Shown: positions 9,809 to 19,304 of the stretch, piece after piece
How positions within the stretch are numbered: position 1 is the stretch's first letter
How the letters are laid out: each line of letters starts with the position of its first letter
Assembly (NCBI GenBank): GCA_051003195.1
Contig: JBPCLP010000047.1
Location: 128,001-192,000, forward strand
DNA length: 64,000 nt
Source of the DNA: Candidatus Sumerlaeaceae bacterium
Lineage (GTDB): Bacteria > Sumerlaeota > Sumerlaeia > Sumerlaeales > Sumerlaeaceae
Direction of reading: 5' to 3'
The notes under the pieces: model-generated
Told to the model about the DNA's origin: nothing
The model's database searches: none
What the model saw: the letters and a program-made list of their open reading frames with translations, nothing else
Translations under genes and position numbers: made by a program

Positions 9809-10297
9809 CTAACGAACAGCCGCCGCCAGCGACCCCTTATGGATGGCTCCCTGCTGCTGTCCGATCGCTGTCCCGTTCATATCCAGGATCACTACGGCAG
9901 GCGCCGAGACACCATACCTCGCCGCCAATTGCGGCGAAGTGTTCGCGTCAAAAGTCACCTTCTCCGCGTTCGACATCGCGTCCGCCACCGGCGAGCTCAG
10001 CAGCGCGCCTTTCATCGACTGGCTTGCCGGCGAATTCCCCGCCTGCACAAACACCACCGTCTTGTGGCCGTTGTCCTTTGCAAACGCGATCGCGCCGTCC
10101 AGGTCCGTCGTCCAGCCCGCCATGTCCGCCACGTTGGCGATAGGGGAGGGGGGCGGCAGGCTCGCGGCACGTTCCGCCGCGCGGTCCGCCCGGAAATCCC
10201 TCTGACGTATATGTTGACGTATCCCGTCCGAGCACGCCGTCAATGCCAGCGTGCATCCCGCCAGGAGTGCTGCCTTTGCAATGGATCTCGAATTCAT
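9809..10297 (-). CDS. Lipoprotein with thioredoxin-like fold lacking CxxC
   Basis: Start at ATG 10297 gives the lipobox LTAC. WTTDLDGAIAFAK..KTVVFVQAGNSPAS and LAARYGVSAPAVVILD match the Trx-like pattern. Confidence 0.65.
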   Translation of the reverse strand: MNSRSIAKAALLAGCTLALTACSDGIRQHIRQRDFRADRAAERAASLPPPSPIANVADMAGWTTDLDGAIAFAKDNGHKTVVFVQAGNSPASQSMKGALLSSPVADAMSNAEKVTFDANTSPQLAARYGVSAPAVVILDMNGTAIGQQQGAIHKGSLAAAVR

Positions 10298-10410
10298 ATT
10301 TACAACCTCGTTGAACAGCCTATACCGCCGAGCAGACGCTGAAATGCTGCTGCCAGTCACGTTGCACTGAAATTGTTGCGCAAGCGGAAAACACCCCGCA
10401 CAACACCCCG

Positions 10411-10986
10411 ATGAAAATCGCGATCGCATGTGATCACGCCGGTTACGAGCTCAAGGCAGCCGTGGCACGTCAACTCACCGCCGCCGGGCACGAGCTGCTC
10501 GATTTCGGTACCAACTCCGAGGAATCCGTCGATTTCGTAGACCATGTTTATCCTGCCGCCCTTGCTGTCAGCGAACGCCGCGCCGATCGCGCCATCCTCA
10601 TCGACGGCGCGGGCTATCCCTCCGGCATTGTGGCCAACTTTCTGCCGGGCGTCTACGCCGCTGTGGCCAACGACCTGTTCTCCGCCCGCCTCTCACGCGA
10701 GCACACCAACTCCAATGTCCTCTGCCTTGGAGGCAAAGTCGTCGGCGCAGGCGTCGCCGCCGAAATCGTCACCGTCTGGCTCACCACGGACTTCCTGGGC
10801 GGCAAATACGCGAAGCGCGTGGAGAAGGTCGAAAAACTCGCAAAGAAACACCGCGTCGGCGCTGAAGCCACTGCCAGAAAAGTCGTCACCGTGCAGGACA
10901 TCCGCGACGCACTCCTCAAACGCGAATCCCTGCTTATGAGCGACACCACCATCCTCACACCCTCAGTCCTCGACCTTATCCGCTGA
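10411..10986 (+). CDS. RpiB/LacA/LacB family sugar-phosphate isomerase with C-terminal extension
   Basis: MKIAIACDHAGYELK, SREHTNSNVLCLGG; the catalytic CGTG loop appears as DGAG. Confidence 0.85.
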   Translation: MKIAIACDHAGYELKAAVARQLTAAGHELLDFGTNSEESVDFVDHVYPAALAVSERRADRAILIDGAGYPSGIVANFLPGVYAAVANDLFSARLSREHTNSNVLCLGGKVVGAGVAAEIVTVWLTTDFLGGKYAKRVEKVEKLAKKHRVGAEATARKVVTVQDIRDALLKRESLLMSDTTILTPSVLDLIR

Positions 10987-11060
10987 CATCACCCGTCCGC
11001 ACATCACCTTAACACCCCCATCGCATATATGCCGGTTTTTGTTTCATCGCTGCCACACAT

Positions 11061-12053
11061 CTAAGCCTTAAATGCGCCGGAGGTGACACCCTGCATGAAA
11101 GGCTTAGTGGCGTACACGAAAAGGATGATCAGGGGAATGCTGCTCAGGATGTAAGCTGCGTACATGGCGGAGAAATTCTGCGCGACGGCGCTCTCGCTCA
11201 TGAGGTATAGCCCCGACGCGACCACGTGGTACTTCGAATCGCTGTTGGTAATGAACGGCCACATGAAGTTGTTCCACACGCCAAGGATGTTCATCACAGC
11301 GACGACCGCGGCCACCTGCCCCGACAACGGCAGCACGATGTGGCGATACAGTGCAAAGTGTCCCGCGCCTTCCAGGCGGGCCGACTCGAAAAGCTCCTCA
11401 GGCAGACCGTCGAAGAAGCTTTTGAACAGGAAGATAGCCACAATCTGGCCCCCGGCAACGTAGGGAAGTATCAGTACCCAATACGAGTTAAGCAGGTGCA
11501 GCCGCTTCACCAGCAGGAAACTCGGCACCAGCGTCAGTACCGGCGGGATCATAATGATGCTTAACAAAACGGTAAAAAGCAGTCGGCGCCCGCGGAACCG
11601 GTATCGCGAGAACACGTAGCCGCTGACGGAGCCCAGCAGCAGCACACCAAGCACCGTTGCCACGCACACGACGATGGTGTTCAGCATGTAGGGGCGCAGC
11701 TCGCGCCAGGCGTAGTGATAGCCCCGCGCCAGGCTCGTGCCCAGGTGCTGCATCGCGGCGCGGTAGCCCAGTCGCTGGACGCTCACGTTGGCCGCCGCTG
11801 TTTCGGTTTCCGAAGCGCCACCGGACGCCGTCCGCTTCGGCACCGCCAGCCTGATCTCGTCGGCGCGCCCAGTCAGTTTGTACCACGTGAACCGAACGCT
11901 GCTTTTCAGCGCTTCCGGCAGCGCAAAGTAAGTGCGGTACTGCTCGGACTGGGTGCGCACCGAGTTGTTCAGCACAAAAATAAACGGCAGGATCGTGAGA
12001 ACGAAAAAGATACACAGCACCAGGTGCAGAACAGGATCGTGGCGTTTTCTCAT
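11061..12053 (-). CDS. Carbohydrate ABC transporter permease (MalG-like)
   Basis: Start at ATG 12053 (MRKRHDP); ELFESARLEGAG EAA motif, WNNFMWP, GVTSGAFK. Confidence 0.9.
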   Translation of the reverse strand: MRKRHDPVLHLVLCIFFVLTILPFIFVLNNSVRTQSEQYRTYFALPEALKSSVRFTWYKLTGRADEIRLAVPKRTASGGASETETAAANVSVQRLGYRAAMQHLGTSLARGYHYAWRELRPYMLNTIVVCVATVLGVLLLGSVSGYVFSRYRFRGRRLLFTVLLSIIMIPPVLTLVPSFLLVKRLHLLNSYWVLILPYVAGGQIVAIFLFKSFFDGLPEELFESARLEGAGHFALYRHIVLPLSGQVAAVVAVMNILGVWNNFMWPFITNSDSKYHVVASGLYLMSESAVAQNFSAMYAAYILSSIPLIILFVYATKPFMQGVTSGAFKA

Positions 12054-12976
12054 CGGATCGCCTGCAGCCGCTCGGCGCTCTTGAAGTACCGTGCGTTCAG
12101 GATCGTCAGCCCGAGGATCAGGACAAACAGCACCACCCCGATGGCGCAGGCATAGCCCATCCGCTGGAAGCTGAACGCGTTGAAATACATCCACATGCCT
12201 GGCACCATGGTCTCGAATCCAGGACCGCCGCGCGTCATGAGGAACACCCCTTCAAACGCCTGCACGCCGGCGATGATCGTCAGGATGACGAGCAGCTTCA
12301 CCTGGCTCAGTACCAGGGGAACATCGATGCGGAGGAATTTGCCGATGCCCCTGGCGCCGTCCATCCACGCAGCTTCGTGCACGCTTTCGGAAATAGCGGT
12401 TAGCCCTGCATAAAAAATGAGAATGTTAATGCCGTTCGCAAACGGGAAACCGGTGAAGGCCAGCGCCACCAGTGAAGTCTTAGGGTCCCACAGCCAGCTC
12501 CGCGCGTACTCGCCTTTGCCCAGCAGCCGCAGCAGGTCGTTTAGCATTCCGGTGTCGCTGTAGATCATCGCCTTCCAGATGAGCTGTTGCGCAACACTGG
12601 GGATTACCAGCGGGATCAGGAACAGGATGCGATAGATGTAGCGCGAGCGTTCCGACGAAAGCGAGAAGATGAGTTTAGCGATGGTGAGCGGGAACACGAT
12701 GTTTACGACCACCGCAAAGACGGTGAGGAAAAGCATGTGCCACATGCTGGGCCAGAAGGTAACATCGGAAAAGTACTCGGCGTAATTCGCGAGTCCAAGG
12801 AACCGGGGTTCGCCGCCGACCTCGTACTCGTACATCGATGTGCTGAACGCCCATACGAACGGGATGAACGTAAAGACCGACAGGAGAATATACGTGGGCA
12901 GAAGTAGCAGGTAGTAGGAGCCGCCTTGCGCGAGTTGCCCGGTGAAGTAGCCTCGGCGGCTTTCGCTATTTTGCAT
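12050..12976 (-). CDS. Carbohydrate ABC transporter permease (MalF-like)
   Basis: FLGLANY, EAAWMDGA, MTRGGPG, MGYACAIG; overlaps both neighbouring genes. Confidence 0.9.
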   Translation of the reverse strand: MQNSESRRGYFTGQLAQGGSYYLLLLPTYILLSVFTFIPFVWAFSTSMYEYEVGGEPRFLGLANYAEYFSDVTFWPSMWHMLFLTVFAVVVNIVFPLTIAKLIFSLSSERSRYIYRILFLIPLVIPSVAQQLIWKAMIYSDTGMLNDLLRLLGKGEYARSWLWDPKTSLVALAFTGFPFANGINILIFYAGLTAISESVHEAAWMDGARGIGKFLRIDVPLVLSQVKLLVILTIIAGVQAFEGVFLMTRGGPGFETMVPGMWMYFNAFSFQRMGYACAIGVVLFVLILGLTILNARYFKSAERLQAIR

Positions 12977-14600
12977 TGGGCGGCAACCCTTCCATGCTGG
13001 CACGCAGCGGAGCCAGTTCGTTCCACCGCTTTTCCAGCGGAGCGAAGGCAGGCTTCTGGCGCCGGATCAGGTTCGCGGCGCCCGACTCGATGCTTCGTTC
13101 CATCAGCTCCAGGTAGTCCTGTTCGCTGATGCCATTGTTCAGGTAGAGCTCAAGCATGCGGTTCATCACCTCGTTGAACTTCATGTCGAATGTGAACTGC
13201 CATTTGCTGATGGAGGAGTGCCGCTTCAGGAAGTTGTCGAATGGACGCAGCGCCTCGTGCGGCTCAGCGCCTTTCGTGTTAGGCATGAACGCGGGAATTT
13301 CGTTTACCACCGTGGCGGCGTTCTCCGGCATCGTCATGAATTGCAGGTAGTCGATGCAATGGCGCAGCCGCTCGCTGGTGGCCGTCGATCCCGTATCGGC
13401 AATCGCGGAATTGGTGACGACGAATTGCGTTCCCGGTCCGCCGATCACCACCTGCGGGTGACCGTTGGCGTACGGTGAAACAGACTTCGGCATTTGGGGC
13501 AGGTAGAAAATGCCCCACTCGAATTCCAGTGTCGGGTCATGGATGAGCGCATGCACCCGCCAGCTGCCATCCCACAGCATCGCGCCCTTCTGCGTGAGGA
13601 ACAGTTTGATGACGTCGGTCAATTTGTCGCTGATGTCCTTGGGCATAAACTGCCGCCATTCCTTGATCAGGCGCCACAGGTTCACCCAGCGAGGATCTTT
13701 CCGAGTGAAGAAACCCCGCTTGTAGAGGAAGGCGATCTCGTTCCAGTTAAGGTAGCCGTCACGGAAGGCCTTCAGTGATTCCGCCTCAGGCTCGACGTCG
13801 ATTCCCGGGAGGATGCCCGCGTAGAGCTGGTCGAAAAAAAGATCGGTGGCCCAGTCAGCCATCGCCGACGCACTGGCAAGCATCGGGATGTAGCCGGCTG
13901 CGTTCAGTTTTTTATGAATCTCGAGAAAGTCGGGCCAGTCACGCGGCGGCTCGACACCCACTTTGCGGAATATGTTCTTGTTGTAGTAGATACCGGTTTC
14001 GACCATGTCGTAAACGATGCAGTACATGCGCCCATCGGGAGCGCGGGCGCTCTCGGAAATCGCGGGGTACTTGATGAGGTCCGACCATCGCGTGCTGCCG
14101 GGTTGGCCGGGCGCGGCGTATGGATTCGGGCGATCCAGGTAGTCGTCCAGCGCGACGTACCACCCTTTGTGGGTATCCCCCCAGACTTCCTCAACGTTGA
14201 CGTCCACGATGTCTGGCGCCAGCCCCGCGGCGCATTGCGTGACCAGCCACTCGCGCGCGGACGGGACCGCGATGTACTCGATGTGAACGTCCGGGTGCAG
14301 CGCCTCATACCGCTGCGCTACGCGGGTCAGCCCCTGTACAGGCTCGCCCACTCCCATCGGAATACTGCCCGGCATGTAGAAATACTTGGGAGCAAAGCGG
14401 ATGGTAACCTTCCGAGTGCCAGAACCGGGTGAAGCTGGCTTTGAGGCGGAGCTCCCCGCCGGTTTAGTTGCCGTTGTTTCCGCTCCTGCGGAAGTGATCC
14501 TGGCCGTATCTCCACGTTGCTCGATACGCGGAGGGGCCAGTGCCCACGCGCCAACGCCGAGTATCACCCCCAGCAGCACGTGCTTGATTCGAATGCGCAT
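12966..14600 (-). CDS. Carbohydrate ABC transporter substrate-binding protein
   Basis: Signal-like N-terminus; YEALHPDV, APDIV, YYNKNIFRKVG, DGSW; first gene of the SBP-permease-permease operon. Confidence 0.87.
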   Translation of the reverse strand: MRIRIKHVLLGVILGVGAWALAPPRIEQRGDTARITSAGAETTATKPAGSSASKPASPGSGTRKVTIRFAPKYFYMPGSIPMGVGEPVQGLTRVAQRYEALHPDVHIEYIAVPSAREWLVTQCAAGLAPDIVDVNVEEVWGDTHKGWYVALDDYLDRPNPYAAPGQPGSTRWSDLIKYPAISESARAPDGRMYCIVYDMVETGIYYNKNIFRKVGVEPPRDWPDFLEIHKKLNAAGYIPMLASASAMADWATDLFFDQLYAGILPGIDVEPEAESLKAFRDGYLNWNEIAFLYKRGFFTRKDPRWVNLWRLIKEWRQFMPKDISDKLTDVIKLFLTQKGAMLWDGSWRVHALIHDPTLEFEWGIFYLPQMPKSVSPYANGHPQVVIGGPGTQFVVTNSAIADTGSTATSERLRHCIDYLQFMTMPENAATVVNEIPAFMPNTKGAEPHEALRPFDNFLKRHSSISKWQFTFDMKFNEVMNRMLELYLNNGISEQDYLELMERSIESGAANLIRRQKPAFAPLEKRWNELAPLRASMEGLPPNAK

Positions 14601-14693
14601 TTGGAGCAGCAGGAACTTTGAAATCAGTGCACTGGCAACTGTTTAGGTGTGCAGCTCGAAACACGCCTTTGGGTCAGCAGAGTGCGAATACTT

Positions 14694-14770
14694 TGGTAGC
14701 GACGGGCGGACTCGAACCGCCGACCTAAGGATTATGAGACCTTCGCTCTAACCACCTGAGCTACGTCGCC
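14694..14770 (-). tRNA. tRNA-Met (CAT), probably elongator
   Basis: Reverse complement GGCGACGTAGCTCAGGTGGTTAGAGCGAAGGTCTCATAATCCTTAGGTCGGCGGTTCGAGTCCGCCCGTCGCTACCA folds as a cloverleaf with encoded CCA. It lacks initiator features; Ile2 is not strictly excluded. Confidence 0.9.
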
Positions 14771-14794
14771 CCAAGCCCGCACTTACAACAAAAT

Positions 14795-14818
14795 GGCGGG
14801 AAAGTTTCCTTTCCCGCC
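14795..14818 (-). terminator. GC-rich hairpin between the two tRNAs; probable intrinsic terminator or processing signal
   Basis: Perfect 10-bp stem GGCGGGAAAG/CTTTCCCGCC, followed by ATTTTGTT on the minus strand. Confidence 0.6.
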
Positions 14819-14827
14819 GAAAATTTT

Positions 14828-14903
<76 letters not shown>

Positions 14904-14936
14904 TCGTGTGCGGTCCTTCCGGACAGCGAACCCCTA

Positions 14937-15434
14937 TTACTGCACGTTTTCGGATTTGTTCACAAGGGCGGGTTTTTCGCGTCGGGCGGGTTTGGAACCT
15001 GGTCCGGCGGTGGGAGATTTGATGGTTGCATCGGGCGCAGCAGACTGTTGCTGCGGCAGTTCAACCTTACCGACAACCGGGTTATTCGGCTGCACGGCTT
15101 TTGCCTGTTCGGCTTTTGGTTCTTCTTCGTTCTTCAGGTAAAGAACCTGCTCACCGGGCATGTGAAGGTTCATGCGTTCACGCACCTGCTTCTGGCTCTC
15201 GATGCCGTTAAAGGCCAGGCTCTGCTGCTGGCGCTTCAATCGCTTAATTTTCTGCTTTAGAACATCGATCTGGGCGCGTTCTTCTTCGCGCTGCTTATAG
15301 GTATCGAGGAACTCCTGCAGGTTCTGGACATTGATCAGCAACCACGCGGAAACCGCGACGAGGGTGAAGACGAGTCCCCCGAAGAGGTGAAGCCGGCTGC
15401 CGCTGGCGGCTGCGCGATTTTTGGTCCGGCGCAC
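14937..15434 (-). CDS. Septum formation initiator (FtsB/DivIC-like)
   Basis: One TM helix, a coiled coil, IESQKQVRERMNLHMPGEQV motif, then a disordered tail. Confidence 0.75.
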   Translation of the reverse strand: MRRTKNRAAASGSRLHLFGGLVFTLVAVSAWLLINVQNLQEFLDTYKQREEERAQIDVLKQKIKRLKRQQQSLAFNGIESQKQVRERMNLHMPGEQVLYLKNEEEPKAEQAKAVQPNNPVVGKVELPQQQSAAPDATIKSPTAGPGSKPARREKPALVNKSENVQ

Positions 15435-15582
15435 TTGCTATGTTCCTTCGCTTTCCTCGCTTCTTTAGTGGAAGCAACTGAAAACGCTGGACCTACGATG
15501 TGCCCAGCGCAAGATAAAAAGCTGTGGAAAAGCTACGTTAAAGACTGGGCAATGACCACTGTTAATTCATGTCCAGGCGGCA

Positions 15583-16728
15583 TTAAAGTAGCTCCACCGC
15601 CGCACACGCGATGTGACCACCGAAGCCGAGAGATAACTTAAGAAAACGGCTGACGCTTCCGTGGTTCCCGGCCGGTGAAACATGATGGATGGGAGCGAGT
15701 GCCGCATCAGGTGAATCCAGGCCGGGCGTGGGCGGGATAAAGCCGCTTCGCAAGGCAACAAGCGCAAGCGCAAGCTCCGCGCTCGCACTGGCGCCCAGCA
15801 GGTGGCCGATATACGGTTTAAGACTGGAAACGGGCGGGCAGTTGTCGCCGAACACGTCGTGGATCGCCCTGGCTTCTATCACATCGTTGAGTTGCGTGCC
15901 CGTGCCATGGGCGTTGATGTACTGAACGTCGGTCGGCTTCCAGCCGGCCCGCTTAAGCGTGCGGCGGATCGACAACGCAATGGGTTCGCCGCTCTGATCC
16001 GCTGAAGTCATGTGATAGGCATCGCTGCGAAAATCGTATCCGGCAAGGCGAGCGATTGGATGAGCTCTGCGGGCACGCGCATCGACTTCTCGCTCCAGCA
16101 CGAACGCGGCGGCACCTTCGCCGGGGTTGAAGCCATTGCGGTCGCGGTGAAATGGACGCATGATATCGGGCGAGAGTGCCCCCATATTCGTGAAGCTTGC
16201 CATTGTGAGCGCATAACCGGATGCCTCCGCGCTTCCCGCGAGAACGGCGTCTGCCACATCGTCGCGTAGCAGGTTTGCGCCCGCTATCAGGCAAACTAAC
16301 CCGGTGGCACATGCAGCCGGATAATTCAGCACGGGACCAGTGAACCGGCTGCGCGCGGCGATTTCGTTTCCAAGCGTTTCGCCTGGGAATTCCGCAGGAT
16401 CGAGCACCGGCTTCGCTGCCAGCAGTTGATGTAATCGACCCTTGCTGCTGCCGATGATAGTAGCAACGCGATCCGGTGCAACCGATCCGTTCAGATTCGC
16501 GTCGAGAAGGCACTTCCTGGCAGTGCAGTCGGCCAATAGCGACGTATGGTCGCACTGGCGTTCCGCCAATGGTGGAGCGTCTGGCACGCTGCCAAACCAG
16601 AGGCAAAGTTCAGAATGAAGCTGCTGGCGAGTCAGTGCTGGTGCCCGGGCAAGTAAACCGGAAATCGCCTGGTCGTCAGTGGATCCAAGAGCCGTGCACG
16701 CGGAAGCTCCAGTGATGACGATGTTCAC
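15583..16728 (-). CDS. Beta-ketoacyl-ACP synthase family protein (FabF-like)
   Basis: Start at GTG 16728 (VNIVITG); AACATG catalytic Cys, NAHGTGT, KPYIGHLLGA, GFGG. Confidence 0.87.
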   Translation of the reverse strand: MNIVITGASACTALGSTDDQAISGLLARAPALTRQQLHSELCLWFGSVPDAPPLAERQCDHTSLLADCTARKCLLDANLNGSVAPDRVATIIGSSKGRLHQLLAAKPVLDPAEFPGETLGNEIAARSRFTGPVLNYPAACATGLVCLIAGANLLRDDVADAVLAGSAEASGYALTMASFTNMGALSPDIMRPFHRDRNGFNPGEGAAAFVLEREVDARARRAHPIARLAGYDFRSDAYHMTSADQSGEPIALSIRRTLKRAGWKPTDVQYINAHGTGTQLNDVIEARAIHDVFGDNCPPVSSLKPYIGHLLGASASAELALALVALRSGFIPPTPGLDSPDAALAPIHHVSPAGNHGSVSRFLKLSLGFGGHIACAAVELL

Positions 16729-16732
16729 GGCG

Positions 16733-17077
16733 TTACTCGTACAACTGCCATTCTTGTGTGCATGCGGTGTTATCGGGAAACAGGCCGAAGCTGAAGTGTA
16801 GATCGCGGTCGATGCTGCGGTCGGTGACAAAATTGTATTCGCTGGAACATACCACTGTCAAACGTCCGAGCCCATCGCTGGCAATTGCCGGCGAGTAATC
16901 GGCCGCCAGGACATCCATATTTCCTGAACTGTAACGCATCGCCGTATATCTTTCAGCATCGCCAATGCATACGGCAAGGGCTATCAAACGTGGCGCCTGC
17001 GGCTTGTTTGGGATTGGTATTAGTGATTCCAAGCGGCCCTTCTCCAAATCATTTCCTACAGCCGCTGAATCAGCCAT
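16733..17077 (-). pseudogene. Small ORF, possibly the C-terminal remnant of a secreted beta-propeller-repeat protein
   Basis: DYSPAIASDGLGRLTVVCSS..DRDLHFS resembles one propeller blade and the ORF ends TACTQEWQLYE. No signal peptide; the 5' part overlaps the upstream gene. Confidence 0.35.
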
Positions 17078-17832
17078 TCTTCAGTGCGGCGCAGCACGCC
17101 ATCGAAGTTCTCTGCACTGGTGAAGCTGTGATCGGCATTGGGGATGAACACGGCCACGTCATCCGGGTTCTCGCGGGCACGAAGGTAGCGCTCGGTCTGC
17201 TCCGGTTTCACGATATCGTCGTCAGCCCCCTGGATAAATAGAATGGGATTTTGATAAGTGGCGATCCAATCGAGCGGTTTGAGTATTTCCCCGACTGTAT
17301 CCAGGTACTCTGCGCTGACGCGAAAGCCGCCGTAATCCATGTAGCCGCGCTGCTGATATCCTTCGAAGTTCTCAAACTGGGATAGTCGGTCTCGGATAAT
17401 CTCCGGGCGCGCAACCGCCGCCCACAACACCGCCGCGGCGAATTGCGGACGCTTGTTGAGCAGGTAACTGGCTGAGCAGGATCCCAGGCTGTAGCCAACA
17501 ATTGCCGTGCGGCTGAGATCGATTTTCGGCTGCGCCAGGAATGCCGTCAGAGCAGCATCAAGATCCTGAAGCATACCTTTAGGCGTGAAATCGATGAAGT
17601 CGCCGTCGCTCTCCCCACACCCGCGGTGATCAAAACGAAACCCGGCGATTCCATGCCCGGCAAGGGTTGCAGCCAGCCGCGCATACGCGCGGCGCGTTTC
17701 GAGCCGATGCCCGGTAAACCCGTGGCAATAGATGATAGCGGGAACCGGCCCGCTGCAGGTGTCGTCGGGCCAGTCGCAGGTCGCCTGCAGGGTGAATTCA
17801 CCGCTTTGGAAACTGGTCATCTCGCGTCGCAA
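17056..17832 (-). CDS. Alpha/beta-fold serine hydrolase
   Basis: HGFTG, FDHRGCGESDG, GYSLG, GADD, ADH; AAGGAG precedes the TTG start. Confidence 0.88.
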   Translation of the reverse strand: MRREMTSFQSGEFTLQATCDWPDDTCSGPVPAIIYCHGFTGHRLETRRAYARLAATLAGHGIAGFRFDHRGCGESDGDFIDFTPKGMLQDLDAALTAFLAQPKIDLSRTAIVGYSLGSCSASYLLNKRPQFAAAVLWAAVARPEIIRDRLSQFENFEGYQQRGYMDYGGFRVSAEYLDTVGEILKPLDWIATYQNPILFIQGADDDIVKPEQTERYLRARENPDDVAVFIPNADHSFTSAENFDGVLRRTEEWLIQRL

Positions 17833-17995
17833 ACAGTTACTCCTTTAAGGCAGTGCGTTTTCCATTGATGACATCAATGCCATCTGCCACACGATAAAGG
17901 GGCAATGCCAAACGGGAAGCAGGTGCTTTCGGATGGAATTGCGCAGTGTTGCCCGGTCTTGCACCGGGAACTGGATGTAAGGACAAGGCAGTATC

Positions 17996-19195
17996 TTGAT
18001 GCGGTTGAACACAACGTGGATGATCTACCTGTGCACGCTCATGCTGATGACGACAGGTATTGTAATGGTCTACAGCTCGAGTGCGGCCATTGCTGCGCGC
18101 GAGACCATGCGCAAGGCGACGGAGCCGGGACGCGATCTTAAAGACACGGAAGCTATCATACAGACTTCCACGCACAGCAGTTACTATCTTCAGCGCCAGG
18201 TCATTTTCGCGGCCATTGGTGTCCTGGTCATGCTGCTGATGTACCAGATCGATTACGAGCGGTACAAGAAATACGCGACACCGCTGCTTTTTCTCAGCCT
18301 TGTCATGCTGGTCCTTGTATTTTTTCCGCCGATAGGAGTGGCACGAAAAGGCGCCCATCGGTGGCTCAACGCTGGATTTATGCTGGTGCAGTCATCGGAA
18401 TTCGCCAAACTGGCGATGATCCTCTATATGGCAAAGAAGCTGTGCGACCGCCAGTCGGACCTGAAGAGCTTCGCGCGTGGATTTCTGCCGTCGTTGGCAG
18501 TCCTGGCGCTGTTCCTGGGGCTGATTGTCAGCGAGCCTGACCTCGGCGCTGCCGTGATGCTTGGAGTGATCGTATTTGCCATGTGGTACGTCAGTGGAAT
18601 GCGGCTCATCCATTTGTGCTCGCTGGGAATTGCTGCAATACCTGTCGTTGCCTACGAAATTATTTCCAAGCCGTACCGCCTGAAGCGCATCATCGCATTC
18701 TGGGATCCAATAGCTAACCGCGAAACATCAGGGTGGCAACTGGTCCAGTCGCTGATCTCTGTTTCAACAGGCGGGGTGGAAGGTTTGGGTCTGGGCCAGG
18801 GCCCGCAAAAGTACCAGTTTCTCAGTGAAGGCCACACCGACTTTATCTACGCGGGAATCTGCGAAGAGATGGGAATGGCTGGTGCGCTTGTGATTTTCGC
18901 AATATATGCCTTCTTTATGTTCCAGGGAATTCGAGTGGCCAGCCGGGCACCTGATATGTACGGCAGTCTTCTCGCCACGGGTGTTACGATTATGATCGGG
19001 GTCCAAAGCTTCGTCAATATGTACGTTGTCCTCGGGCTGCTGCCGACCAAAGGATTAACGCTGCCGCTGATCAGCTATGGCGGAAGCTCACTCGTGATCA
19101 ACTGCGCGGCGATCGGCATCCTGATGAACGTCTCGCGATTTACCGAAATAGCTGCCAACCCAAGCCGGGCGCGAGGGTCCGATTTACCGAAATAG
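17996..19195 (+). CDS. ftsW: SEDS-family peptidoglycan polymerase FtsW
   Basis: MVYSSS, GAHRW, QSSEFAK, EPDLG, HTDFI, LPTKGLTLPLISYGGSS. Confidence 0.92.
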   Translation: MMRLNTTWMIYLCTLMLMTTGIVMVYSSSAAIAARETMRKATEPGRDLKDTEAIIQTSTHSSYYLQRQVIFAAIGVLVMLLMYQIDYERYKKYATPLLFLSLVMLVLVFFPPIGVARKGAHRWLNAGFMLVQSSEFAKLAMILYMAKKLCDRQSDLKSFARGFLPSLAVLALFLGLIVSEPDLGAAVMLGVIVFAMWYVSGMRLIHLCSLGIAAIPVVAYEIISKPYRLKRIIAFWDPIANRETSGWQLVQSLISVSTGGVEGLGLGQGPQKYQFLSEGHTDFIYAGICEEMGMAGALVIFAIYAFFMFQGIRVASRAPDMYGSLLATGVTIMIGVQSFVNMYVVLGLLPTKGLTLPLISYGGSSLVINCAAIGILMNVSRFTEIAANPSRARGSDLPK

Positions 19196-19223
19196 CTGCC
19201 AACCCGAGCCGGGCGCGAGGGTC
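19136..19223 (+). repeat. Tandem 44-bp duplication (2 copies, 1 mismatch) at the 3' end of ftsW
   Basis: CGATTTACCGAAATAGCTGCCAACCC(A/G)AGCCGGGCGCGAGGGTC at 19136-19179 and 19180-19223. Confidence 0.95.
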
Positions 19224-19304
19224 CGCGCAGACGGTTGCTTCTCACCCCTGATGGTTTCAGGTGACACGGCGCAACTGGAACGGCACCTGCTTACATAAAG
19301 CCCC

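Noticed and set aside
15583..17832. Secondary-metabolite (PKS) cluster around the FabF-like gene
   Set aside because: There is no ACP, chain-length factor or tailoring gene nearby; only a lone ketosynthase and a hydrolase.
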